DNA of 49,713 nt, from IMG/VR virus record IMGVR_UViG_2529292882_000007, one strand, 5' to 3'. Position 1 is the first letter of the stretch. Each line of letters begins with the position of its first letter. This document shows positions 28,776 to 37,396 of this stretch, piece after piece. The notes beneath the pieces are model-generated. The model was not told the DNA's origin, made no database searches, and saw only the letters and a program-made list of their open reading frames with translations. A program made the position numbers and the translations under genes. The stretch comes from a virus. Its lineage: Duplodnaviria; Heunggongvirae; Uroviricota; Caudoviricetes.

Positions 28776-28878
28776 ATATGATTATAGATTTATATAATTA
28801 TATAAAACGCTTTTCATCCGCCAAAAAGTTGGTTATGCTTACCTCGTTCTATAAATATAGATTTATAGAATTATATAA
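28776..28878. repeat. AT-rich palindromic repeat cluster upstream of parA (candidate centromere/operator)
   Basis: Two blocks containing TATATAATTATATA-like motifs. Confidence 0.45.
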
Positions 28879-28886
28879 CCAAACAC

Positions 28887-29555
28887 ATGGAGTCTCGACA
28901 AATGACTATCTCTGTAGGTATTTTCAACGGAAAAGGCGGCGTAACCAAATCAACAATTGCCCGTGCTTTAGCAGTTGCTTATGCAAAGGCCGGCTGGAAT
29001 GTATGCCTGATCGATATGGATGTGCTTAACGGAACGGTAACGCGTTGGGTACAACGCAGAATGGCCAACAATATCGAACCAGCAATCGCGGCACAGCCGT
29101 GCGGCACACCATCACAAGTCCAGAAAATCATCGAATCAGAAGTATACGACCTGGTTATCGTAGATGGCGGTGCCTACGCATCTGAATCAGTACCGAAGCT
29201 CTCTGAATTTCTGGATATGGTTATTTTGCCAACCAGATTCTCTACCGATGACCTGGAAACCACCGTTAACACAGCTCACGGCATCGTTAAAAAGGGTGTA
29301 CCAATCAAGAAAATTTGCATGGTGTTTTCCGGCGCGGCTGAAAACGAAGCTGACTATATTGAAGCCCAAGAGTACCTGGCTAATACGCCATACTTTGTTG
29401 TCGATAAGTACATTCCCCACAAGCCAGCTCTGAGCAAAGCTCAGGATAAGGGCTTAAGCCTCATTGAGTGCTCATACGTTGCGCCACGCAAAAAGGCAGA
29501 CGACGTTATTCAGGGGATTATCAACCAGCTTGAGGCTCTGACTACTGCCGCGTAA
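28887..29555 (+). CDS. ParA-family partition ATPase (small type Ib, ParF-like); probable start at 28902
   Basis: Deviant Walker A FNGKGGVTKST. Confidence 0.8.
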   Translation: MESRQMTISVGIFNGKGGVTKSTIARALAVAYAKAGWNVCLIDMDVLNGTVTRWVQRRMANNIEPAIAAQPCGTPSQVQKIIESEVYDLVIVDGGAYASESVPKLSEFLDMVILPTRFSTDDLETTVNTAHGIVKKGVPIKKICMVFSGAAENEADYIEAQEYLANTPYFVVDKYIPHKPALSKAQDKGLSLIECSYVAPRKKADDVIQGIINQLEALTTAA

Positions 29556-29598
29556 TATATAATTATAGTTTTATAGATTTATATAAGAGGGGATACAC

Positions 29599-29847
29599 AT
29601 GGCCGCACCATCAAAACCACCAAAGAAGAACAGCAAAGGCGTACCGCCATCGATCGAACAACCGCAGGTTTTCGACCCGACTGAAACGCCAACCAGAACC
29701 AAATCAGGTGGGGCACAAATGGCGTTTAACGTCGACCCTGAATTTAAACGCGAGTACAAAACGTTCGCCAGCTCAATGGATATGTCATTGAAAGAAGTGC
29801 TGACAAAATCTTTTGAGTTACTCAAGGCTCAATACAACCAGAAGTAA
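29599..29847 (+). CDS. Putative ParG-like ribbon-helix-helix centromere-binding protein
   Basis: 82 aa, basic/Pro-rich N-terminal tail, RHH-like C-terminal region; immediately downstream of parA. Confidence 0.45.
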   Translation: MAAPSKPPKKNSKGVPPSIEQPQVFDPTETPTRTKSGGAQMAFNVDPEFKREYKTFASSMDMSLKEVLTKSFELLKAQYNQK

Positions 29848-29876
29848 GAGAAGGTGACGGCCTCCAGCGCCAACTG

Positions 29877-30059
29877 TTGGCCGTCGCGACACAACAAGGG
29901 GAATTTGTTATGTCCGAACAACAATATACACGGTTACTGAAAACTCGTCTAACCGACCTCAAACGGCTGCAAGCTGGTTGCTTATTTGCCCTGCTATCTA
30001 CCAGGCCAGAATGGGTACGTGAAGCAGTTCTGAAAGGCTTAATGCGCTCCAGCGTTTAA
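29877..30059 (+). CDS. Hypothetical small protein
   Basis: ORF track; probable start at internal Met. Confidence 0.3.
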   Translation: MAVATQQGEFVMSEQQYTRLLKTRLTDLKRLQAGCLFALLSTRPEWVREAVLKGLMRSSV

Positions 30060-30069
30060 ATTCAACCAT

Positions 30070-30091
30070 AAAAAAGGCCCCCGAAGGGGCC
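30070..30091. terminator. Hairpin terminator between convergent small genes
   Basis: GGCCCC cgaa GGGGCC stem with flanking A-run/T-run. Confidence 0.55.
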
Positions 30092-30097
30092 TAATCG

Positions 30098-30220
30098 CTA
30101 CTTGCTGCTAATGTTTATCGTCACATTCAGAGCGTTATCAGTAATCTTCCAACCCTCCCCATGTGGCGTAAACAAAGCTCCAGTAACAACGATAAAAATA
30201 CACATGTAGTATTTTTTCAT
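30098..30220 (-). CDS. Small hydrophobic peptide (40 aa)
   Basis: MKKYYMCIFIVVTGALF...; AAGGG SD upstream of ATG 30220; strong terminator downstream. Confidence 0.35.
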   Translation of the reverse strand: MKKYYMCIFIVVTGALFTPHGEGWKITDNALNVTINISSK

Positions 30221-30606
30221 TGTGTGGCCCTTACAGGCCGTTTCACGGCATCCCCACCGACGAAAATGACGCGAGAGCAAGCACGCTGTTTGTGCCTGCG
30301 TGGTACGGCAAGTGGATAATCCTTTCCTGAAAGTCAGTGCCCGGGTGCGAATCGGCGGAAAGGCCCCAAGCCATATTACACGTCATACCCTTCATAATGA
30401 AGGAATAAAAAACGCTTTTATTACATAAGATTACACGTAAATAAGTTAAAAACCTTCATTTTGCATGAGCTAATGAGCTAAATTTTTTTATATGAATAGT
30501 GGACTATTCACCTCAGTTGGGTAAGAATGTAGTTGCTGTTTGTGCTTGCGTGGTTGTATTTATACAACAACGTAATGCTGAAAGGACCGCGAATCCGATC
30601 AGCACG

Positions 30607-30638
30607 AAAGAACCGTCCTCAAAAGGACGGTTTTTTTG
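30607..30638. terminator. Hairpin terminator at 3' end of HTH regulator gene
   Basis: CCGTCCT caaa AGGACGG stem plus T7 run. Confidence 0.5.
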
Positions 30639-31191
30639 TTTCTTCACTCATTAAAAACCGTCCAAGACCTGTTGATGACTCCAGATAATCTCGATTATCC
30701 ATATCAGCACCGTTATCGACCCAATGTCTATATGCTTCATTGCAACAATACATTACAGCAGTTGGAGTAACAGGGAAGCCGCCCCCAAATGAGAATCCCA
30801 TTGAGCTAATGCTAATTCTTTCGAATGGCCTATTTCTCAATGCTTCAAACCCCTTACTGTTGAAGTAACTCAGCATCAGAGGCAAAAGGTTATCCTCGTC
30901 CTGATCGATTGTTCCCGGGAAAAAGTAGTAACCACAGCGATTAAATTCGGGAATCAGTTTTTCTACCAACAACATGAAATTCATTGGGCTAATATTAAGG
31001 GCAGAGCAAGCACCAAAAAGAGCATCAACCGTTAATACAGACTGCCCGTTCTCTATCTTTGTCCATGCGTTTGGTGTTTTTCCAGCCGCTTGAGCCAGCA
31101 CTCCTTGATGCACACCTCTTTCTAGCCTAAGTTCTTTTATGATCATTAGGTGAATTGTTGAAAAACATGAGTTTTTTGACAGTTCAGTCAT
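30619..31191 (-). CDS. HTH-XRE regulator (putative immunity repressor) with unknown C-terminal domain
   Basis: N-terminal HTH-like LERGVHQGVLAQAAGKTPNAWTKIENG; divergent from antirepressor operon. Confidence 0.5.
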   Translation of the reverse strand: MTELSKNSCFSTIHLMIIKELRLERGVHQGVLAQAAGKTPNAWTKIENGQSVLTVDALFGACSALNISPMNFMLLVEKLIPEFNRCGYYFFPGTIDQDEDNLLPLMLSYFNSKGFEALRNRPFERISISSMGFSFGGGFPVTPTAVMYCCNEAYRHWVDNGADMDNRDYLESSTGLGRFLMSEETKKPSF

Positions 31192-31260
31192 TTTTTACCT
31201 CCTCTGCATTAAATTCACTACCAATTTCCATTCTCAAAAGAAACCACATCCAATACAATG

Positions 31261-31388
31261 AAGTTCCCTACATTCAAATCATACCCAAAAAATTGGATTC
31301 GAAGCAACTTTTTTCAACAAAAAATCACGTTAAGTTCCCAATACTCATGTTAAAGTTCCTTACATTCACATAAGATTCCCAAAATTCA
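31261..31388. promoter_or_regulatory. Four direct repeats AAGTTCC-N3-CAWTCA (operator-like array)
   Basis: Repeats at about 31261..31276, 31332..31347, 31353..31368, 31372..31388. Confidence 0.5.
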
Positions 31389-31479
31389 CTATCAAACAAA
31401 TTTGATTGGTCAAATCATGCGCTTAATGAGCAGAAAATTCCGTTTTTCAAACCCACGCTATGTGGTTGTCTCTGTTAAA

Positions 31480-31720
31480 ATCCCGCCGTATTGACATGAA
31501 TGCGCCATTGGTGGACACTTTCCGAGCCGTAGCAAAATCTACGGTCGGGATTAGCCTCCTGAATAACACGATGGCGCATACCGCGTTAGCGGTTTTTTTT
31601 ATGCGTAGAGCACTGTTACGCCCAAATTATGGTGGGTCGTACAGGGGCGGAGAAATCCGCGCCGGTTCGTCATTGTGTCCGGTAAGGCTAACCCTGTACG
31701 GCTCACCACCATTTGATTAG
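31480..31720 (+). ncRNA. Candidate structured regulatory RNA/leader upstream of the small-ORF/antirepressor operon
   Basis: TTGACA at 31491..31496; hairpin plus T8 at 31580..31600; long-range stem 31631..31646 with 31692..31710. Confidence 0.3.
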
Positions 31721-31762
31721 CCTCGAATGGCGGTGATAGTTCCATATACTGGAGATATCACA

Positions 31763-31954
31763 ATGACAAACCTACCCCATGACTATTACGTCAACCTCGT
31801 AAAGATCCTTCTCAAGAAAGCCTCATACGCCGATAAATTCCGCCTGGCTGAAATCATCGAGCGCGAAGCTATGCGCATCGCCAGCAACGATAACGCTGTT
31901 TCTGACGCAAAAATCTCCCTCGTAACCAAAGTAGTTATGGGAGGTGCAAAATGA
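31763..31954 (+). CDS. Small protein upstream of antirepressor (Icd-like position)
   Basis: ATG 31763 with GGAG SD; 63 aa; stop overlaps antirepressor start. Confidence 0.4.
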   Translation: MTNLPHDYYVNLVKILLKKASYADKFRLAEIIEREAMRIASNDNAVSDAKISLVTKVVMGGAK

Positions 31955-33102
31955 AAACGCTTCCGATCCTTAACACCCTACAGCCTATCCTGCATAATCA
32001 GATTCCAGTAATCACAACTGAGCTACTCGCCCGCCTTTATGGAACAGAAGCAATCCGTATACAGCAAAATCACCATGAAAATAAAACTCGGTTCATTGAG
32101 GGGAAGCACTTCTTTAAAGCTGTTGGTGATGAACTCAAAAATTTGCGACTAGTTTTAAACGAGTCACAAAATGAAGTGCAAATTTCCCCCAAAACTCGCT
32201 CTCTCATCCTCTGGACAGAACGCGGGGCTGCACGTCATGCCAAAATGCTTGAAACTAACCAAGCGTGGGATGTGTTCGAACGGCTGGAAGACAGCTATTT
32301 CAACCAGAACGCGCAAACGGCCGCGACCGTTACCGTCTCGCCAGACAATGCTCGTGAGGTTGTCGATACGCTCAACGCCAAACCGATGTTTTACATTAAG
32401 GTGTGCAACAACGAGCCACTCACAACCTCAGCCGATGTTGCCCAGGCATTCAGCACCACAAACAATTCCATCGTTATGGCCATCGATGCGTTACGCATTC
32501 CTCGCACGGCTGCGGCGCGTCACTTCTTTAAAGAACAACGACCGCTGGAAGGAAGCGACCGCGAAATAACAATCTATCGCATGACAAAAGACGGATTTAC
32601 CTTGCTCATGGAGAGCATCGACGGACCAGGCGTAAAAGATATCAAGCTGGCCTACATTGAGGCCTTTAACGCTATCAGCAGCGTGTTAAAAACACAGTAC
32701 GAGCGTGATCTGGCTAAACGACTGTACCAGGAAAAAACGATTATCCGCGCGGCAACAGAGCACAATCGGCTACTAACGGAACCGAACTACAGGAAGGAAC
32801 TAATCAAGGAGTTTGACAAGGCAACGGGGAAAACCAAAGCGGCGCTAAGTCTGCCAGCAATGACTCAGGAAAATGTGATATCAGCCTTACTTCTTGATCT
32901 GCTCAGAAACGCCAGAGCACTGATCAGCTTTGACGAAAACCTGAATCCTCAGCTCAAGCTACTACCACCGACAGGCAAAGTAGTCGACCAGGCAGATCAC
33001 AACAGCATACTCAGCGTACTGGATGCAAACCTACCAGCCAGGACACTACAGGAACTGATAAAGATATCTGCGGATAAACTGGCCGCAGGTGCAAAACCAT
33101 AA
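31951..33102 (+). CDS. Putative antirepressor (Ant-like N-terminal domain)
   Basis: 383 aa; N-terminal region ITTELLARLYGTE...GKHFFKAVG...LWTERGAARHAKMLETNQAW. Confidence 0.45.
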   Translation: MKTLPILNTLQPILHNQIPVITTELLARLYGTEAIRIQQNHHENKTRFIEGKHFFKAVGDELKNLRLVLNESQNEVQISPKTRSLILWTERGAARHAKMLETNQAWDVFERLEDSYFNQNAQTAATVTVSPDNAREVVDTLNAKPMFYIKVCNNEPLTTSADVAQAFSTTNNSIVMAIDALRIPRTAAARHFFKEQRPLEGSDREITIYRMTKDGFTLLMESIDGPGVKDIKLAYIEAFNAISSVLKTQYERDLAKRLYQEKTIIRAATEHNRLLTEPNYRKELIKEFDKATGKTKAALSLPAMTQENVISALLLDLLRNARALISFDENLNPQLKLLPPTGKVVDQADHNSILSVLDANLPARTLQELIKISADKLAAGAKP

Positions 33103-33136
33103 AACAAAGCGCCCGATTTGGGCGCTTCTTCAATTC

Positions 33137-33772
33137 TTAATATTTCGGTGTAATCAGTAGCGACACGTGCCCTGATTTGTCACGAGAAACGTAATACTCG
33201 CCTCTCTTAGTCTTAAACTCAGCTTTCTGCGTATCAGATTTAACAATCTGCTCTAACTGCGCGATCACTGTGTCTCTATCACTTGATGCATCCAAGACTT
33301 CAACAGCTACGGCCATAGAAAGCAAGGAATCAGAGCTAGGCTTAGATACTCGCCATAATAACTCTGAAATCTTCCCATCCTTATCAACTCTAGCTCGACC
33401 GTTAACAGATGAGTTGATGGCAAATTCAACTGTGTTGTTACCTTGTTTAACTGACTTAATTCTTATAGCGGAGGTGGATTTTCCTGATGTAGCGATACCT
33501 TCAAGGTCATCATTATATAGCTGCTTAAACTTATCTACGGTCACACCATCGAAAGCAGCTCCGGTAGTAGCCGTAGTGCCGGAGTCTTCTGGTATCAAGG
33601 CCACAGCCGCAAGAGTATTAACAACAACAAAAGTAGCAATCCCAAGAAACCCACTCACTAAAACAGCTTTGAACTTACTACCAGAAGATGAGCCACATTG
33701 TTTCCGATATGCACCACGAACTACGAAGAAACACAAAATCAGGCTAATAATAAACGCCACCAGCATCCCCAT
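33137..33772 (-). CDS. Membrane-anchored protein with periplasmic domain
   Basis: Two N-terminal TM segments. Confidence 0.45.
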   Translation of the reverse strand: MGMLVAFIISLILCFFVVRGAYRKQCGSSSGSKFKAVLVSGFLGIATFVVVNTLAAVALIPEDSGTTATTGAAFDGVTVDKFKQLYNDDLEGIATSGKSTSAIRIKSVKQGNNTVEFAINSSVNGRARVDKDGKISELLWRVSKPSSDSLLSMAVAVEVLDASSDRDTVIAQLEQIVKSDTQKAEFKTKRGEYYVSRDKSGHVSLLITPKY

Positions 33773-34336
33773 AGAAATCTCCTTTTAGATATAAGGGTAA
33801 AGCAATATCGTATTGGATCTTCCTTTAGACACAACCCCCCCTCCCCCCATACAGGGTGCCCTTTACCGGAGTTCCGGCCCCTTCTCAAAAGCATCAAAAA
33901 AAGCTCGAGATCGAGTACCGGAACTCATGCCACCAGATAGCTCCACATCGTTTCCAATGCTTCGCCGCCGTGTGCGCCCTGTGGCCCACAATCATGCCAT
34001 TGGTCGTCTGATATACCTTCTTCTGCTCATTGAGCACAGGCGAGTTGTCGCACTCCTGCCTTTCTCAGACTCGACTTAGTTTAGATCGCTGTTCCTAGCT
34101 TGCGTCAGCACACTTTCCCCTTGTACGCATACCCGCGCGCCACTCCGCCCAAAAACACCGAACCCAACGAAGTGGCAAAGACAACGACGCGAGCGTGAGT
34201 CTGAAACAGGCACCAGTAAAAAAGGGGTTGCAGGCGCAAAAAGATTTGATTATCTTTAGACGCAAGAAAGCCGCCCCAATCAAGAGGTGTCTTTTTAAAT
34301 CCAGCCTACCAAGCAAGATTTAAATTTCAGACTGAA

Positions 34337-34362
34337 AACCGCCCGGCAAGGCGGTTTTTGTC
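34337..34362 (+). terminator. Intrinsic terminator, plus-strand orientation
   Basis: ACCGCC cggcaa GGCGGT stem followed by TTTTTGTCTTTC. Confidence 0.5.
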
Positions 34363-34407
34363 TTTCTGGCGCTTACATTACACCACCATAAAACGATCCG
34401 TAAAGGA

Positions 34408-34680
34408 TCATTTGATCCCTTGTTCCAATTCTGACGACACTTTAACCTTTTCCCATACAAGGGTTTGCAGCCTTAACAGAATCGCATCTTTATCAAGGTG
34501 TGAAAGATCCTTAACCATATCGTCAAACGACAGAACGCGAATGGCCATCTCAATGACCCTCGGCGGCTCCCCCTTCTCATATCGCTTATATGTAGCCAAC
34601 GATATCCCAAATTCTTCGGCGGCTCGCTCCTGCGTCCAGTTCATCCCACGACGCCATAATTTCAATTCATAACCCGTCAT
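34408..34680 (-). CDS. HTH-XRE DNA-binding protein (Aca-like position)
   Basis: Start ATG 34680 with GAGGAGGA SD; HTH-like WTQERAAEEFGISLATYKRYEKG. Confidence 0.55.
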   Translation of the reverse strand: MTGYELKLWRRGMNWTQERAAEEFGISLATYKRYEKGEPPRVIEMAIRVLSFDDMVKDLSHLDKDAILLRLQTLVWEKVKVSSELEQGIK

Positions 34681-34743
34681 AGCATCCTCCTCGCACAATA
34701 TTAACACTCGCAAAGTGTCAAAATGACACTTTGCGCATTGTGT

Positions 34744-35124
34744 TTACTTAACGAGGAATAAAAATGGTTTATTGTTCGGCGGTGTAATCGGGGCTGGCTC
34801 GCTTTTGCTCATGCGATCAGTGTACCAGGCCAGCTCCTTGTCAAAGTAAGCCTGATTAAAATAGGCCATGAATGTAGTTTCAAATCCATAACGACCGCTA
34901 ATACGCAGCATCTGATTGCCGTTCTCTGTTTCCAGATATACCTGGGCACGTTCCTGATTCTCCTTCAGCCAGGTTAAAGCCTCATCGCACGAGGACACAC
35001 GATACTCATCATCGTAGCCGTCATCGATGCGGCTTGAAGAAGAACGGCAAATCACGCCAACAGAACCAGCCAGGATAGTTTGAATTTTAAGGAAAGCGTT
35101 TTTGCGGATTTTAATCATGCTCAT
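34744..35124 (-). CDS. Hypothetical protein, first gene after cassette copy 3
   Basis: ATG 35124 after GGAGATAACCCG leader. Confidence 0.5.
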   Translation of the reverse strand: MSMIKIRKNAFLKIQTILAGSVGVICRSSSSRIDDGYDDEYRVSSCDEALTWLKENQERAQVYLETENGNQMLRISGRYGFETTFMAYFNQAYFDKELAWYTDRMSKSEPAPITPPNNKPFLFLVK

Positions 35125-35242
35125 CGGGTTATCTCCGGTTTAACCAGGGCGGGTATCGCTCGGTTTCGGGTATAACCATAGGAATTTTTTTCCCACCTGT
35201 AAAGCACTTTTTATATAAATATATAATTATATAATTCTATGA
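35121..35242 (-). promoter_or_regulatory. Repeated promoter/5' leader cassette, copy 3
   Basis: About 96 percent identical to 17387..17508. Confidence 0.6.
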
Positions 35243-35244
35243 AC

Positions 35245-35273
35245 ACAAAAAAGCCCCTTTGCAACAGGGGCTT
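35245..35273 (-). terminator. Intrinsic terminator after toxin-antitoxin operon
   Basis: AAGCCCCT ttgcaac AGGGGCTT stem with U-run on minus transcript. Confidence 0.6.
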
Positions 35274-35287
35274 ATCATTCGTTCAGA

Positions 35288-35587
35288 TCAGATGTTAAAC
35301 GCTATTCGTTTTCCTGTGGGAAGCTCAACATCCAAGCTTAATTTGCCTCCCATAGCTTCAACGTAACGCTTTAATGTCGCCAGCTTTAAATCATTTCCGC
35401 GCTGCTCCAGCTTTGTTACTGCTGGCTGGCTTATACCCATCGCCTCAGCAACCTGTTTTTGTGATAACTGGAGTTCTTCACGCATCATCTGCAAGCCGAC
35501 CTCAAGAATCATCTCATCTGCCATTTCTTTAATTCGCGCCTGGCTTTCAGGTGAACGGCTGGCAATCACCTCATCTAATGTTCTCAT
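35288..35587 (-). CDS. HTH-XRE antitoxin (HigA-like)
   Basis: HTH-like LQLSQKQVAEAMGISQPAVTKLE; downstream of and overlapping toxin gene. Confidence 0.55.
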   Translation of the reverse strand: MRTLDEVIASRSPESQARIKEMADEMILEVGLQMMREELQLSQKQVAEAMGISQPAVTKLEQRGNDLKLATLKRYVEAMGGKLSLDVELPTGKRIAFNI

Positions 35588-35940
35588 TACTTGCTCTCCA
35601 GTGTGTTCAGATGTGCTGCAAACTCATCCTCAGCTATACGCACCAGTTTTTCATAAAACCGTTTATCGTTACTTTTGTCTCCTGCACAAAGAACGATGGC
35701 CCGGCGAATCGGATCGAACGCATAAAAGGCTCTTATCGGACGGCCAGAAAACTGAACGCGAAGCTCTTTCATATTTTTGTACCGAGAACCTTTTACGGTA
35801 TCGGCATATGGCCTGGGTAACTCAGGTCCGTAAACCTGTAGCTTTTTCAAATCAGCCAAAACCTTTTCCTGAAGAGCGTCTTCTTGCTCATTTAGCCAGT
35901 CGTCAAATCGCTGGCTAAAAAGTACCGTCCACATGCTCAA
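35587..35940 (-). CDS. RelE/HigB-like toxin (Gp49-like addiction module killer)
   Basis: 117 aa; gene order toxin then antitoxin with 1-nt overlap. Confidence 0.5.
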   Translation of the reverse strand: MSMWTVLFSQRFDDWLNEQEDALQEKVLADLKKLQVYGPELPRPYADTVKGSRYKNMKELRVQFSGRPIRAFYAFDPIRRAIVLCAGDKSNDKRFYEKLVRIAEDEFAAHLNTLESK

Positions 35941-36178
35941 TCCTATAACCTGTAGTTTATATCACTAACTATATAACCTGTGGGTTATAATTTCAAGAAA
36001 AACGGGGCTATTTAACATAATGGACGTTATCGGCACCACCGGATCACCGTTCATTGTCGGATCTAAAAAATCCGCTCAAAAGATCATGTTTTCCTGGGCG
36101 TTTTCCACCGTTTTTTATGTTGCTTATTTGTTAATGAAATCTCGTTTTCAGTTTCGCCTCATTTTCGACGCGAAAGCC

Positions 36179-36469
36179 CTATTTTTGTGACTTTACTCCT
36201 GGCATATGGACTTCCCAGCGACGAATCCCCATAGCTGCGCAAAAATCAGCCACATAATTCAATCCCGCCCATTCGCGGATACCACCACGGGCTTTTTCAA
36301 TGAAAACGGCAATCCCTTTTTTATTGAGAGCAAAAAGCCGCCAGCTTTTTGTCACTTCGTCCTGGGTAGCCACAACACAAGTGAAAGCTCCCATGCGATA
36401 CAGGTCCAAGAACTCTTTGCGTGTTTTGCGTACAAGTTCCATAACAAACCTCATATTTGCATGTTTCAA
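36179..36469 (-). CDS. Hypothetical protein
   Basis: 96 aa; 4-nt overlap with upstream gene. Confidence 0.35.
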   Translation of the reverse strand: MKHANMRFVMELVRKTRKEFLDLYRMGAFTCVVATQDEVTKSWRLFALNKKGIAVFIEKARGGIREWAGLNYVADFCAAMGIRRWEVHMPGVKSQK

Positions 36470-36765
36470 ACATCTGTTTTGTTATCAATGAAGATTAACC
36501 CTAACCCAGCGAAGTAACACAGCAGCGCCCAGGCTGCATACGGAATGCTGGATCTGGATGTGGACTCCTTTAACATCTGCCAGTTGCGAACATTGCGACT
36601 ATCTTTTAAGCCAAGTTTTTTGGCCAACTGCGAGCCGCTCATTCCGGTCAGGCCAATGACTGCCCGAACTTCTCCACATGTAGGAGATTCCCATTCATCC
36701 GCTTTTTTTAAACAAGCCGGATTCAACATTTTTAAAACAGTATCTTTATCCATAACCATCTCCAT
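36466..36765 (-). CDS. Hypothetical protein, possible DNA-binding
   Basis: 99 aa; HTH-like GMSGSQLAKKLGLKDSRNVRNWQ. Confidence 0.35.
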   Translation of the reverse strand: MEMVMDKDTVLKMLNPACLKKADEWESPTCGEVRAVIGLTGMSGSQLAKKLGLKDSRNVRNWQMLKESTSRSSIPYAAWALLCYFAGLGLIFIDNKTDV

Positions 36766-36779
36766 TTATTATATCTACG

Positions 36780-37396
36780 ATGGTAGGAAATCTTTTCCTA
36801 CGTGGCAATAGAAATTTACTACATTGCGTATAAGACAAGTTTTCTATGTCTAATAGGAAATGATGTTTCTTACGTTTTATCGCGTTCTGATGGCTACTGT
36901 GTGCGTATTTATCGACGTTTATTGATAAGGCTCGCCCCTTCCTCCTGCAAAGCCCGGCCGTAGGCCTTATTTCGGCCTTATATAAATTGATTTTGTATAG
37001 TTCGAAACGCGCCGTTTCGAAAAGGATGATCAGGCTGCTCCATGCCTCCGGCAAGTGCCGGAGGAGGTATATTTGAGCGTAGCGACTCGAACCGGCGCGA
37101 GCTTTAGCTCGCTGCAAGGGCGAACATATTCACAGGCAAAGCCTGCGTAAGTTAAATAAAGAAAGTTTTAATAAAAGAAAGTGATTTTGCATTTATTTGT
37201 TTAGTGCATCTATTATAAAAAACCATTTGCATATACATATCAAAACTGTGGATAACTTTATTAGCCGATGCCTGTAAAGGCGATATTTTTGCTGTGTTCA
37301 GGTTTAGAGAAAATTAATTTAGATTGTTTTTTGAACAGATATTTTATTGCGACGTAGATAATCCTCCGGTAAAACCGGATTCATCATTCAGGTGGG
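36780..37396. other. Putative replication origin region downstream of repA
   Basis: DnaA box TGTGGATAA at 37247..37255; AT-rich 37130..37330; palindromes at 37001..37021, 37045..37064, 37097..37112. Confidence 0.45.

Noticed and set aside
31331-31351. Possible dif/cer-like XerCD site (CATGTTAAAG resembles TTATGTTAAAT)
   Set aside because: Only one arm matches weakly and it lies inside the direct-repeat operator array; no XerC-arm match found.
33813-34079. Plus-strand ORF of 88 aa in the GC-rich island
   Set aside because: Pro/Arg-rich low-complexity translation through the C-tract, no RBS; more likely non-coding. Kept as uncertain in a finding.
36746-37117. Minus-strand ORF of 123 aa
   Set aside because: Covers palindrome-rich putative origin sequence; no RBS and implausible composition.
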